Counted from the first letter of the stretch, positions 18,601 to 27,138 are shown. The stretch is 27,138 nt of DNA from a virus (IMGVR_UViG_3300017785_001210:1-27138), one strand, 5' to 3'. The notes: generated by a model not told the origin, from the letters alone. Numbers and translations: made by a program.

Positions 18601-18789
18601 CTGACCCAACCCTAACGCAGTATTTGCAAGGGAGAACCCAGCAGATTTAGTAGGTGCTGCAGGGGCGGCAGGGGGCGGAGCCCCCGCATTTATAGATTGG
18701 ATATATTGGGCTAGGGCTGTAGCTCCGGCAGTGTCCCCCGCTGCATCCGCATTACGAAGTGCTTGATAAAGGGACTCTAGATCAGCCAT
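12613..18789 (-). CDS. Large polyvalent internal virion/ejection protein: zincin-like metallopeptidase (MPTase), ART-PolyVal-like ADP-ribosyltransferase, LPD38-like C-terminus
   Basis: HEALGHFGLR...AAEEVLA; FKRWFGDSKVVD..G.PL..YHGT...GIYLT...GYDG...EVVVY; N.NFFTGRPIV...ISPAKID.FI.G..G..G. Confidence 0.88.
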   Translation of the reverse strand: MADLESLYQALRNADAAGDTAGATALAQYIQSINAGAPPPAAPAAPTKSAGFSLANTALGLGQGVIGAGKSLADVFGADNAVSAALGRGQSALGEMKTPERQAEQAARQAKIKAAEGTGFLNEVGAELGAVVEAPIESTAQALGSVVPYLVTGLVGGAAKLLPATVRVINTIVGAAQGAGSVKGSIYDAVYERLKGTMPEAKAREQAAIAQEYNKENALDIAGGTILGAAGARFGVENQLVQGGAKKSIGRAALGEAPMEGAQGGQEKIAQNRALQRAGFDVDTFQGVAGRAAGDAALGALAAGSISAVQGRGAQPKPVSGESPTVDTQPTTETTTTPLGEATYGDMWQARERLRQEPQTPIVKAAIAEISAKMDDLNAADVQNRVSEATLKKDIAAEDQFKKDTTNQEQIGLRVAEPDGKLPPEVDASGNPLLPAPPTNDATEGLRDVIAAELPPTTDVLRDAGIAPTQAELEAAGQQRLDMTMPTPITEAEVTAFGASMSKTNRQWLADNLLGKTPDQVQMEIAAKQLVVPENKGIQKVVKEIVANVTPKEPQNAPSTQPTIQSPPRAGGREPSVDVSVPPTADDTAAPGAGAPTGQPAGPVGQRLVSPEQPVVTRTQQPGIKPPTLKRRVEVDTAEIARRQEAADIAARLAEQAQASALGKPAPEQRTVVPDRGQRDQQRTQPPTAQIVGALNEVVKSPQFTEKVKNDARRHLEAIASKEAPAASAEMAVEFLVEQANKPRFQRTETPAKPMSHEKVKAIVAGIVAKLKNAPEVIVVRDMNDAAVPQAVRDHNNEQLAGGAKGSPAGFYHDGKVYIVSSQVSSEADVVTTFAHEALGHFGLRGVFGTALDTELKAIETTYKAEMEAVAAKYGLDLSDPKQASEAAEEVLANLAQTKPTLGIVQRAVAAIRAFIRKIMPSLQMTNNDIIAKFILPARAFVESGGSAVAADGGTRFNLRGKITAPTTEAFKRWFGDSKVVDADGNPLPLYHGTGRSFDTFKLSPDGALGAGIYLTPKPDFAGTYADTSNLSRSDAEMDEASGQNVMQVYASIKNPLMLRAKGDPMIDALVQLGMTPDKASAMVEKAYEEKGYIGKQVMTRALAQGYDGLMQFRDGDLVEVVVYKPTQVKSATGNRGTYDPTNPDIRFSRGDDAKDILQRMGRTAPKEDTRPMLQRITDTVMGSVTANTPKEGAITRVLNIAEDALDVAAPLQRAIRAEVRASMPDIEANRLLAALSTSQAFHDSGLATTALLDGGIKYDPNSSKFKTSESKDNLKSLGNEYRSMMDNHGLTLGEARYLTSTALESKRMLALYGMRDRMMAEADAKELEGKKKIAAELRNKAESYVFHMSPEQVKEGMKLFNTLPEIKKIEDIKQGMRKWLRTFLQETNIWSEETGQWMLDNAEWIPFQRDSADADTDKDGFNAYIRGLQAKAKEHQFKGSMLEVHDVMDNFENWAAYSVARGIKNQKATELAQAAVKYIPDQAKAVVTPDPRAADRTVSYLEKGSPKYVEFDSAAKAQVFKGAPVMATSALPFIGGFVDSVNRVFRGAIVNFPLFPVLQLAMDSMAATYLSGLKPRYAFQIPLTAVAEVVKTMRGTSAAHKELRTFGVVGVHDYDASLSKSNADVQAGLRKLGALEKYPAIMQQLNLTADNAVRQAVYLAAKDSGLSEADAVERAFEIINFRTRVGNNQLAAAARNVVFLNAFYAASRVALKVLKSEGIAPTARAEARNTLITNMAWIFGMSVINAMMNVGDDEYEKMSRQEQASKLTLPGMQGWGIPLRPDVFLLPKYIAEAIVRQFSGKYADDPAKLRAGLSDAVVNAVFSGPVPVAQPIKLAVELATNYNFFTGRPIVGTGLEKLEPYMQYSAGTSSLAKGIGQGAKDLVDAMGMDGKGISPAKIDAFIQGTMGMYGAAAILMTNSMVNNTPTQSMQDTIASLPGMGRVGVKEFDSQVKTDFYDLASKVNMAVDTANKLKNTGRGKEYGEYLKENIDLIKYGPFVNKMEQQLGALRKGMAVISARTDLTKDQKEAQLRPLKLSEQRMMNNLAPAIKKFRTDALQ

Positions 18790-18804
18790 AAATATTTCTC
18801 AGGG

Positions 18805-20139
18805 TTATTTTTTGCCGTACTTTTGCAGGAGGGCCGCAACTTCTGGGGGCATTGTAGTAGCTGGCGCGTCCTCACCCATACTTATCGGCACTCCGTTGCG
18901 TCTGTAGGCTTCAAGTCTGAAAATTGCTTCGTCCCGGGCCATTGCATCTATTGCTGCTTGGTCTCCCGCTGATGCCAGCAGTGCTTTCGGATGCTTAGCC
19001 ATTTGGGCTTTTACAACCAACTCCGCATTTGCGCGGGCCCGGTCTTGCTGCTCCCGCTCGTTTAGTTTAAGTTGCGCGGCTCTATAGTCTTCCTGACCCT
19101 TGGCAGCTAGTGCCCGGCTTGCAATACCTTCGCTTGAAATTTGCGCGCGGGCTGCAGCGTTATCTTTTGCAATTTGCTTACGTGTTTTGTTTGTCTCGTA
19201 GTTAGTTTCTTTCTGTGTCTGCGTCCTGCGGTTAACATCCATTACAGTAGTGCCTTGTTTGCCACCTTCCGCAATACGTGCCTTAGCTTCATCAAGTCCC
19301 GCTACAGCCGCGTTGTATGCACCAATATCATTCTCACGGATAGCTTTTTCCATGGCAATGTTTAAGCCGTCTATTGCAGTTTGGTTGGCAATATCTTGGG
19401 TTGTGTAGCCCTCTCGGGCTTTGGTAATAGCCGAAGACACCCCTTGGAATTGCTGACCGGGGAGGGCATGGACGTTTTCGCCCATACGCTGTAAACCAGT
19501 TATAAAACTGGAAGGACGTTCCGCAACCTGCCGGTCATACAACGCCTGTAGTCCAGCGGTACGAACCTTTTGGTTTTCGATGGCGGCAAGGTTACTTGCC
19601 CCAAGCCGTTTGTCGTACCGGGCCTCTCTAGATGCCGCCAAAGTTTCAGGGTCCAAGTTTTGTTCGCTCTCAATACGCGCCATGTTTCTTTGCTCAAATG
19701 CAAGTGCCTCGGGGTCCATAACGGGAGGGCCCTCGTCCTCATCATCCGGGTTTTTTACTGCGCCTGCTTTGGCAAACGCAACGATTCCACCCTCTTGATA
19801 GGACTCTGGCAGAGGAGATGGGGCGCTAGCGATACCTTGTGCAGGCGGCTGCTGGGGGGCAGGGCCTTGGGGCGCTTGCTGTTGAGCCAGTCCAGCTAAA
19901 CCTAGTTTCTGTGCAATCTCGCCACGGGCGGAATTAAGGGCTTGCTGCTCTAGGCCCTGTGCAACAGTGGGCATATTGGCTTGGCCGGCGGCAATGGCGA
20001 GCGCTCGGGCTGCCGCCTTTTTATCCTCTTCGACTTTCTGCATTGCCAGCAGATCAACCAGTTGTGCGGTAACCCCGGCTGGATTTTGTTGGGTGGGCAG
20101 CGTACCGTTGAGCGCTGATAATTGGCGGAGGTCGTACAT
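18805..20139 (-). CDS. Probable internal virion / DNA ejection protein
   Basis: Ala/Gln-rich, helical composition; AAGGA RBS; lies next to the large virion protein. Confidence 0.7.
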   Translation of the reverse strand: MYDLRQLSALNGTLPTQQNPAGVTAQLVDLLAMQKVEEDKKAAARALAIAAGQANMPTVAQGLEQQALNSARGEIAQKLGLAGLAQQQAPQGPAPQQPPAQGIASAPSPLPESYQEGGIVAFAKAGAVKNPDDEDEGPPVMDPEALAFEQRNMARIESEQNLDPETLAASREARYDKRLGASNLAAIENQKVRTAGLQALYDRQVAERPSSFITGLQRMGENVHALPGQQFQGVSSAITKAREGYTTQDIANQTAIDGLNIAMEKAIRENDIGAYNAAVAGLDEAKARIAEGGKQGTTVMDVNRRTQTQKETNYETNKTRKQIAKDNAAARAQISSEGIASRALAAKGQEDYRAAQLKLNEREQQDRARANAELVVKAQMAKHPKALLASAGDQAAIDAMARDEAIFRLEAYRRNGVPISMGEDAPATTMPPEVAALLQKYGKK

Positions 20140-20148
20140 TTTCGGTCC

Positions 20149-22236
20149 TTATGCTTTAGCTGCGGTATTAAACATGTTGTAGACACCACTTCCAGCGCTT
20201 GCTGCTGCGGCATACGGGTTGTTCGTGATGTTGTAGCTTTGGGCGTTTAATGGCAGCCCTTGCAGCAATGACTGCTGGTACTGCGCCATTTTGTATGGGT
20301 TATCACGCTCAGCTTCAAACGCAGCTTTGTCTGCTGTAACACCAGCTTGCTCGATGCCTTGCTGTGTGCCGCCTGCAGTGAGCTGCGCGTTGAGGTTTGC
20401 CAGTCCAGCAGCGTTCTGGGTAGCGCCCAGATTTCCTTGAGCCTGTGCGGCTTGTATCTGGGTGTTGAGTCCCGCCAAGCCAGTAGTCTGCTCGGTGTTG
20501 AACTGCTTAGCGGCCGCGTCGTAGGCGGACTGTAGCCCGGTAGCCTGAATCTGTCCTTGTTGCAACGCTAAGTTACGAGCAGCTTCTGCATCCATAACGG
20601 CCGCGCGCGAACCGCCAAAAGCCCCAGCTTGCGTCTGCTGTCCTTGTCGATTGGTTGCAGCAATATCTGCAGTACGCTGGGCTTCTTTTTGCTGGACGTC
20701 TACTACATTCTGCATGTAGGGGTTCATGTACGATTGAGTAGTACCCGGTGCTAGGAAGCTAGAAGTCTGCTTCTGGCCAGCAATGCCGCCCGCTGTGTCC
20801 GCAGCCTGACCAATACCCATAGGGGTTGAGATGTTGGCAGCGTTTTGAAAGCCTGTAGTCTGTAGCGCAGACGGCCCAGCAGTCAAAGGGCCTTGGTATG
20901 CTTGGTAAGGCTGCTCGCTTAGCGCCTGACCTTTGCCTAGCATATTGGTTACATAAGGCCCAACCCAATTCGACAGGTTGGACTCTTGTCCTGTAATGCC
21001 AGACGCTACTTGAGATGCAATGGTGCCTCCTTCTGCATAAGCAGCAAGGCCGTCCGGTGCAAACTTGTCGGGGTTGATCTCTTTGCCTTGCTTCTTGGTG
21101 CCAGTGCGGGCCATACGGATACGGTCCATCATCTTGTAGAGTTGCTTAGCGCCCGCGTCGGAGTTGCCGTTCCCTAAATGAGATACAACGTCCGCAGGAA
21201 CTACAAACTCTCCGTGCGCTAGGCGAGCAGGCTGCTGGCCGTCAATGGTTGCATGAATTTGATCTGCCATACCGTCGGTCTCCCCGCGTAAATAAGTGCC
21301 TTGAGGCTTAGTAGGAACGCCACCCTTGGCGTAACCCATGAGCCCACCTTCAGCGGCACCCACTGGGGGCGGGGTTGGCGCTGGCCTGTTATCCGTATCA
21401 TCAGGCATAACCCAATTTGGGCTCAATGGACCAGAAGCATTGGCGTTGTTCCATGCCATGATTTGATCGTTGTTGGTAAATATGGGGCGCTGGTTTGCAG
21501 GGATTGTTGCTTGCTGAGTTACTGGCGCAGCAGGTGCAGTATTCCGTGGAGCAGTAGCTAACCCTGCGGGGGCTTGCATGGCCTGCGATGGAGTCCGTCC
21601 AAAAAATGTATTGGATGCGGGGTCTTGATTTACTGGCGCTGCAGGAGCCACTGGGCGAGCTGCGTTTCGTTCGGTTAATGCGGTAGCTTGCGCTGCGGTA
21701 GCTGCCTGTGCGGCGGGTAATCCTGCATCTGTGGCGTACTTCATATCTGTGAAATACCGTTGGCCTCCTTGGCCCGCACGTAGTCCTTGGGTAGGTGTTA
21801 CTTGTTCCCGCACACCTGTGTAGCTTGGGATTCCACCTTGGTAGCCTGTAGGTGCAATAGGCTTACTTGCTTGGTCATACGCTTGCTTTGCCATGTACGC
21901 AGCAGCAGCGTCTTTGGCTACATTACCCCATTCGATATTTCCATTTTTTGTATATCGGTCAGTAATTGCTTTTAGCCCGGATTCCCCTATGGAAGATACC
22001 GCTCTTTTCCAGTCAAACCCAGTAGAGTCAAATGCAGCTTTTGCTTTTTGCTGTTCGATTGCATCGCCCGAAAGGCTTGTAATACTGGGTGATGTAAACT
22101 CCTCTGCAGCATTAATCTCAGCGTCAATTTCTGGGCTATAGATAGCTTGCGTATCGTAGTCAGGGTCGTTAGGAGAGTCTAACCAATACTGGTACGACTC
22201 ACCCGTCTCGTAATCTTCGTCGGTATACCATGCCAT
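20149..22236 (-). CDS. Probable DNA pilot/ejection protein
   Basis: GETDGMAD.I.A.IDG.QPARL..GEFVVPADVV domain plus YMNPYMQNVVD...AGAFGGSR Gln/Ala-rich region. Confidence 0.72.
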   Translation of the reverse strand: MAWYTDEDYETGESYQYWLDSPNDPDYDTQAIYSPEIDAEINAAEEFTSPSITSLSGDAIEQQKAKAAFDSTGFDWKRAVSSIGESGLKAITDRYTKNGNIEWGNVAKDAAAAYMAKQAYDQASKPIAPTGYQGGIPSYTGVREQVTPTQGLRAGQGGQRYFTDMKYATDAGLPAAQAATAAQATALTERNAARPVAPAAPVNQDPASNTFFGRTPSQAMQAPAGLATAPRNTAPAAPVTQQATIPANQRPIFTNNDQIMAWNNANASGPLSPNWVMPDDTDNRPAPTPPPVGAAEGGLMGYAKGGVPTKPQGTYLRGETDGMADQIHATIDGQQPARLAHGEFVVPADVVSHLGNGNSDAGAKQLYKMMDRIRMARTGTKKQGKEINPDKFAPDGLAAYAEGGTIASQVASGITGQESNLSNWVGPYVTNMLGKGQALSEQPYQAYQGPLTAGPSALQTTGFQNAANISTPMGIGQAADTAGGIAGQKQTSSFLAPGTTQSYMNPYMQNVVDVQQKEAQRTADIAATNRQGQQTQAGAFGGSRAAVMDAEAARNLALQQGQIQATGLQSAYDAAAKQFNTEQTTGLAGLNTQIQAAQAQGNLGATQNAAGLANLNAQLTAGGTQQGIEQAGVTADKAAFEAERDNPYKMAQYQQSLLQGLPLNAQSYNITNNPYAAAASAGSGVYNMFNTAAKA

Positions 22237-22237
22237 A

Positions 22238-23704
22238 TTATTTCCTTACGTAATCTAAAAGGTCGGTAATAGACCCGCCCTGCGCGGCAGTTGCCACATT
22301 GGTTTGCAAGTATTTTAGGACATCTGGCTTTGGAGTGCCAGCTTTTTGGGGCGCAAATATATTGCTCCCGCCCACGTCATACAGATAATCGATTTCCGCG
22401 CCGTTATATGGGGTAGCTGCTGCGGTGTTAACCGGGATAGCAAAACTGCTAGCGGATGGATTGGGCATCGACGGGGCAGATGCAATGGGTGCAGTTGGCG
22501 TACTCGTCATTACTAAATCATTTATGGTAGGTGCATTGGACGAACTGTTCAGAATATTGTCTACAGGGTCTAAACTTAAAGGTTGCGCCCCGGTGCCCGT
22601 AGTCCCTGCAGTTGTAGCGGAACCCGTAATAGCCCCGCCAATACCTGAAACCGCCTTGTCAATCGAGCTTGCAATAGAAGCCGTAGAAACTCCTGCTCCA
22701 GAATTTCCAATTGTGCCGTTGATAGCGCGGCTGATGGCTTGCCCAGCACCGGATTCTTTTAACCCAAATGCTACTAAGCCGCCGGGTACGCTTGAAGCCT
22801 TTGCAATACCTTGCGTAATGCTACCTAACGCCTGCGATGCAACGGCTTGGCCAAAATTACCCGCAACCATTGAGCCAAGTACAGAGGGGCTCACCCCAAG
22901 GGCCTTTGCTGCGTATGAGGTAGCAAACGAAGTAAGCGCCTGCCCAACGGTTATATCCCCACTAGCCACCTTAGCGAGGTTGTAAGCAATGGCAAAGTTA
23001 GGCACCAAGGCTGACAGCGCGGGGATGGCGTATTTGTCTACGACGGCGGCAAAGTCTTGGGCCGCCAGCATATGATCTACCGTTTGTCCCGTCAGATTAT
23101 TAGGGTTTACCCCCTCCATAGACCCCATACCAGAGTCGCTTAGTTGCGAGAGCTCGCCATAGTTAGGCTCCCGTCCTAAGATAGATGCAAGGGTAACGCC
23201 TTCTGCTTTTGATTGCTCCGCTTGGTTATGGATATTGGTAGCAGTGGTAGCGCCGTACTGCGCAAATGCGCTCTCTCCGGGCTTAACATTGGAGTACGCT
23301 GCAGGCGCACTGGAAACAGTAAAAGACCTATCCATAGAAGGTTCGCTGGAGGCAGCGTTTCCATCATCCCCGCTACGGGGATCACCACTTATGCTGGGTG
23401 TAGCACTTCCCATACCCCCTAAATTTTCACCATTGCGAACATCGCGTCCGGGATCGCTAGAAGATGGAGCAGATGTATCACCTCCAGCATCTCTACGGCC
23501 GGAACCGGGGTCACCGCCCGATGGACCGGAAGGACCCGGGGAATGACTACCGGTACCACCAAAATCCCCGCCCCCACGGGGAGAGCCCCCCTCGTCAAAA
23601 TATCGGATTGGGCCCCCATGCCGGTAGCCCCCCTCGTCAAAATATCGGATTGGGCCCCCATGCCGGTAGCCCTGCGATTCAAGGAGTTTAAATATATCGT
23701 TCAT
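22238..23704 (-). CDS. Gly/Ser/Ala-rich probable virion protein with glycine-zipper-like hydrophobic middle
   Basis: 488-aa ORF coupled to both neighbours; low-complexity ends; function inferred from context. Confidence 0.7.
   Translation of the reverse strand: MNDIFKLLESQGYRHGGPIRYFDEGGYRHGGPIRYFDEGGSPRGGGDFGGTGSHSPGPSGPSGGDPGSGRRDAGGDTSAPSSSDPGRDVRNGENLGGMGSATPSISGDPRSGDDGNAASSEPSMDRSFTVSSAPAAYSNVKPGESAFAQYGATTATNIHNQAEQSKAEGVTLASILGREPNYGELSQLSDSGMGSMEGVNPNNLTGQTVDHMLAAQDFAAVVDKYAIPALSALVPNFAIAYNLAKVASGDITVGQALTSFATSYAAKALGVSPSVLGSMVAGNFGQAVASQALGSITQGIAKASSVPGGLVAFGLKESGAGQAISRAINGTIGNSGAGVSTASIASSIDKAVSGIGGAITGSATTAGTTGTGAQPLSLDPVDNILNSSSNAPTINDLVMTSTPTAPIASAPSMPNPSASSFAIPVNTAAATPYNGAEIDYLYDVGGSNIFAPQKAGTPKPDVLKYLQTNVATAAQGGSITDLLDYVRK
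23584..23672. repeat. Perfect 42-bp tandem duplication (2 copies plus 5 bp), in frame
   Basis: AGCCCCCCTCGTCAAAATATCGGATTGGGCCCCCATGCCGGT twice; encodes GYRHGGPIRYFDEG twice on the - strand. Confidence 0.97.
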
Positions 23705-24000
23705 ACTTTTACCTTGAGTACATTACCTGCAGTTGTATCGTAATAAACGTCGCCAATACGTAGGTTGGCTACATCCGCTTGTGTTGGCAGACTAGGCCCC
23801 GAAGTCCCCGGGGTAGGCGGCGCACTTAGGGCAGCAATTATTTCTGCACCAATACGCTGTGTCGAAATGTTAATTGGGCTTTGGTTATCCAATTGGTTGA
23901 AATACAAGCGCAGCAGGTTTGTAAATTTATCTTGGTACGCCGGATCGTACACAGGAGGAGCGCTAGGCAGCCGAGGAGCTACTACATTTTTCTGGGACAT
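23701..24000 (-). CDS. Small tail-associated structural protein
   Basis: PRLP.AP..YD..YQ....N.LRLYFNQLD pattern directly after the tail gene; ATGA overlap with the next gene. Confidence 0.7.
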   Translation of the reverse strand: MSQKNVVAPRLPSAPPVYDPAYQDKFTNLLRLYFNQLDNQSPINISTQRIGAEIIAALSAPPTPGTSGPSLPTQADVANLRIGDVYYDTTAGNVLKVKV

Positions 24001-24002
24001 AC

Positions 24003-26354
24003 TTACCTTCTTCCGTCAGGCCGAATGTCAATACGGGGAGCCCCTAACTGCCACTGCGTACCCAAATCGGATGAAATAATACGCATAGACATCTGCCGAC
24101 CACGAACACGGATATTGACTTGCCCTGTAAAGGTGTCTAGGTCAATTGGGTATGTCTGCGTAGCTGTTATATATTGCGCCGCTTGCGGGTTTTCTCCGCC
24201 GAGCGATAGGGGGGAGTTGTATCCAGAACCAGAGTTCTGCAGAGGTAAAAGCTGCAGTGTCACTCTAGGCGTAGTCCCTTCTGTAGACCCCCGGAACGTT
24301 AAGTCAGGCAGCATACGCCACACAAACGCCATGTTGTGTCCGTCGCCAATATCAAACTGAGATGTTGTGACGCTCGCAATTATGGGCAATGGTTCAGCTA
24401 AAGTGCCGTCGTCTACACCGTTCTCGTGATAAACCAAATTATTAACGTATGTGGCGGCTGTTGGGTAGTTTCTGAGCGATGTGTCTAGCCATGCAGTGCG
24501 GGCCATACTTCCGTAATACCAAATATCTTCCGCGTAGTTGTACACCACATAGCGGTTAATTGTGCTGCTGGCTGCCGTACAGTAAAACCACCAGACTTCG
24601 TTGAAGCCTTCATTGGTGCTGCAGAAGATTTGAGAGAACTGAGCGCGGTTAATATCGCCATACACAAACTGCCGCAAGTCGCAGCGGAGTGTTTGAACCC
24701 GTCCATCGTATTTATAGAACTTATCCTGTCCCATCCAATAGGCAGTTCCGTTGGTGTATGCCGCAGCGTTAAGGCTGGTAATTGAAATGTTGTCACTGAG
24801 CAGTTGGGAGCTCCAAACATACGGGGCCCCGAGGTATTGCAAGGAGTAGATGGCCGCGTCAGTAAGAACCAAAATCTCTTGGCGGGCTTGTAAAACGGCT
24901 TGGATTAATGAGCCGTGTGATAAACGTATGCTACCGGACTGGTTAGTTACTGCAGGGGTCCAGTTTGTGACGCTCTCTTGGTCAGACCAACGAACCAACA
25001 TGGGGTCATACGTAGTGCTTCCAAAGTCGTTAGCCCCAAAGCAAAACGTAAACCGGCTGGCATCCGACACCAATAAAGTATTCTGCAGGAGCGGTACATC
25101 ACTAGCTCCCGCCAGTGCGGCCACAGGGATTGCCCGTATAGATAACGACTGTGTACCCGATCCCGCAGTTGAGGTGTCTATAAAAGTACCTGCCACATAG
25201 TTTGCGTAGCTGGTAGACAACTTAAACGTAGTAGCTGTAACGTATGTAACGTAATACACAATAAACGGCGCAAGCGGCAGTGGCAGCGCCCCCGTAGTCT
25301 CAAACATGATCGCTGTACCACTAAGTATCGGCGTAGTTGAGTTGCTGGCTAGGGTAGCTACCGCAGGGCTTGCGTTTGAAATAGTAATCTGTGTCGGGGC
25401 AAGTAGTGTGGGTGCGGTGCTTGCATTCCAGTAATACAATGGGCCCAATTTTGGACCGAGCAGAAGATTTTCACCAAAGTTATATTGGCTCCAGATACTT
25501 AAAGTAGCCGTTGCGTTGTACCCTACGCCACCCCAGTTTCCGCTACTCCATGTGTTTGCGCTCCAACCAGCAGCAGTGGTGGAGATTGCAGTACCGAAGT
25601 GCAGTTGATATGCCGCATAGGCTACAGAACCCCCACCTGACCCAGCGGCGTTTGCAACGGTAGCGGACGTTACTTGAAAAGAATTAGCTACGGGATTAGC
25701 TGTAATAGTGGTAGAGGCTACCGTCTGCGAAACGCTGACTGTGTAAGTACCAGTACCCCCAGTACCTGTGCCAAAGGCAACAATTTTGGTTCCTACGGTA
25801 ACACCTGTACCAGATAGCACATGACCAACGGCTAAGGCTCCCCCGGCCACCACGGTTACTGTTAAGGTATACCCAGCAATACTTCCGGTAGTAGTGACGG
25901 TAGCCAGTGTCGTAACTTCATACTCTCCACTAAGCGTCACGTTGTTTACTGTTGCAACTCCTGAAAAAATTACAAAGTCCCCGGTTACAGGGGCGTAGCT
26001 TGCATCCACTACGGTGACTGAGTTGGACCCGCTAATCGTAGTTACCGGGTTGGGTGAAAGTATGTGGCTGGAAACGATAGGGGTTATATCGTAGTAAATC
26101 CCCGTCTGCTCGATATAGAACTTTCGGTCAGTACCTACACCCATAAGGTTTGCACCTGCCAACGTAACCCAGTTCCATAAGGAACGGCAAATGCCTAAAT
26201 AAGTGTTGGCGGAAAAACGTGACCACCCTCCAATTTTTTCTGGTGTGCCCTGACGAAACCGAACTTTGTCCGATTCATAGTAGCCGCCCTCGTTGGTGTA
26301 ACGAGTGTTTTCGCGGTTAACACCGGGCTTTAGGACGACTTTTTGTAAGGGCAT
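24003..26354 (-). CDS. Tail nozzle / packaged-DNA stabilisation-type protein with inserted beta-rich modules
   Basis: [13 protein letters not shown]....[15 protein letters not shown] start, VRWSDQE, RGRQ...RI and DIRPDGRR end; beta-rich composition. Confidence 0.75.
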   Translation of the reverse strand: MPLQKVVLKPGVNRENTRYTNEGGYYESDKVRFRQGTPEKIGGWSRFSANTYLGICRSLWNWVTLAGANLMGVGTDRKFYIEQTGIYYDITPIVSSHILSPNPVTTISGSNSVTVVDASYAPVTGDFVIFSGVATVNNVTLSGEYEVTTLATVTTTGSIAGYTLTVTVVAGGALAVGHVLSGTGVTVGTKIVAFGTGTGGTGTYTVSVSQTVASTTITANPVANSFQVTSATVANAAGSGGGSVAYAAYQLHFGTAISTTAAGWSANTWSSGNWGGVGYNATATLSIWSQYNFGENLLLGPKLGPLYYWNASTAPTLLAPTQITISNASPAVATLASNSTTPILSGTAIMFETTGALPLPLAPFIVYYVTYVTATTFKLSTSYANYVAGTFIDTSTAGSGTQSLSIRAIPVAALAGASDVPLLQNTLLVSDASRFTFCFGANDFGSTTYDPMLVRWSDQESVTNWTPAVTNQSGSIRLSHGSLIQAVLQARQEILVLTDAAIYSLQYLGAPYVWSSQLLSDNISITSLNAAAYTNGTAYWMGQDKFYKYDGRVQTLRCDLRQFVYGDINRAQFSQIFCSTNEGFNEVWWFYCTAASSTINRYVVYNYAEDIWYYGSMARTAWLDTSLRNYPTAATYVNNLVYHENGVDDGTLAEPLPIIASVTTSQFDIGDGHNMAFVWRMLPDLTFRGSTEGTTPRVTLQLLPLQNSGSGYNSPLSLGGENPQAAQYITATQTYPIDLDTFTGQVNIRVRGRQMSMRIISSDLGTQWQLGAPRIDIRPDGRR

Positions 26355-26372
26355 AGCTCATTTTCCCATGAA

Positions 26373-26801
26373 TCAGGCGAAAGGTCGAGTACCTGATTTG
26401 TCAATGATAAGCGCAACTCCTCTTGGTTCTGCATCTTCGGTGTTTGGAATGCTGATGTGCGTCCAACGGTCAAACTCACGGATGATCTGGTCATAGGGTA
26501 AACCCGCAGCAATCACGGCACGGACTACCTCATCAGGGGTCACTCCCGGTACTCGGAGGTCAGCCGCGCACCCCTTACGATGCTGAGACCGGTCAGAGCT
26601 TCCAACTGCATCATTGACTTGCTTACTGCGGAACGCAGAATTAATCATAATTGGCTTGCCACCAAGGGTTTCTTTGACCTGTTCCAGCAATTGCGCCAAG
26701 CGTTGCAAGTTGCTGATTTCCTCTTGGGTCGGGCTGTTGTCAAACTCCCTGTGGTCGGTGACGGTCAGTTCTGCAAGGGTGAAGTGGGGTGAGAGGTTCA
26801 T
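26373..26801 (-). CDS. Endolysin, peptidase M15-family zinc peptidase
   Basis: LSPHFTLAEL, INSAFRS..VN.AVG....SQH..G.AAD and W.HIS zinc-binding motifs; adjacent to the holin. Confidence 0.9.
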   Translation of the reverse strand: MNLSPHFTLAELTVTDHREFDNSPTQEEISNLQRLAQLLEQVKETLGGKPIMINSAFRSKQVNDAVGSSDRSQHRKGCAADLRVPGVTPDEVVRAVIAAGLPYDQIIREFDRWTHISIPNTEDAEPRGVALIIDKSGTRPFA

Positions 26802-27136
26802 TTTTTACCTTTCATATCGGCTAATTTCTCAAGCGTTCTGCCACCAAAATACGCACCCATCACGAGCATTCCCCACTGCCCAAGCAGCGTAACGTAAGAT
26901 TCGGAAATCTTGAAGCCGAAGCCGTCCAGAATAGCCAGTGTGAGGTAAGCGGTCAGGATATACACCAAAGTCATTGGGCGAACATTTTTAGACAGCCACG
27001 AATCCGAAGCCATGTCAGCAGTCCAGCGGTCTGTGGTGTTTTGCTGCTCGGCTTTAAACATCTCGGTCTCGTTTGCCATCTTCGCCAGTTCACCGTTTTG
27101 CTGCATCTGAAACAGTTCAGCTTTGGCCTTTTCAGC
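26798..27136 (-). CDS. Holin (GTA 3-TM / DUF3154-like), 5' end outside the window
   Basis: RW.ADM.SDSWLSKNVRP, two hydrophobic segments, AYFGGRTLEK; frame stays open to the window edge (AEKAKAELFQMQQ...). Confidence 0.85.
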   Translation of the reverse strand, partial: AEKAKAELFQMQQNGELAKMANETEMFKAEQQNTTDRWTADMASDSWLSKNVRPMTLVYILTAYLTLAILDGFGFKISESYVTLLGQWGMLVMGAYFGGRTLEKLADMKGKK

Positions 27137-27138
27137 AG

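Noticed and set aside
12613-18789. Calling the large protein DarB or a virion RNA polymerase
   Set aside because: No methyltransferase, SNF2 or RNA polymerase catalytic motifs were visible in it
23584-23672. 42-bp repeat as a mini-CRISPR array
   Set aside because: Copies are directly adjacent with no spacer and lie in frame within a CDS
12719-26892. Many + strand ORFs of 60-200 aa (e.g. 14141-14749, 14771-15376, 22425-22985)
   Set aside because: Antisense shadows of long - strand genes with no recognisable motifs

Overview
The whole window looks like part of a tailed dsDNA phage genome (podovirus-like; a Proteobacterial host is a guess) with two convergent arms. The + arm (1-12621) carries small, translationally coupled early genes and then a replication module: VRR-NUC nuclease, family A DNA polymerase, an inserted 308-aa ORF, PD-(D/E)XK exonuclease, HNH nuclease, SNF2 helicase, putative ssDNA-binding protein, HTH regulator and primase-helicase. 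The - arm (27138-12613) carries holin, M15 endolysin, a tail/nozzle-type protein, three probable ejection proteins and a 2058-aa polyvalent protein with metallopeptidase, ADP-ribosyltransferase and LPD38-like domains. The most notable observations are: (1) a ~66-nt hairpin / anti-Shine-Dalgarno+anti-AUG / terminator element at 6252-6317 that looks like a translation-blocking sRNA and can pair with ribosome-binding sites of the phage's own early genes; (2) a 308-aa ORF with an AcrVA2/FinQ-like HxxRGHxx motif between polymerase and exonuclease; (3) a probably injected peptidase+ART cassette bounded by recurring junction motifs; (4) a recurring aromatic/Ala-x-x-GG motif shared by three virion proteins. 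All family assignments come from motifs read by eye; no database search was run.
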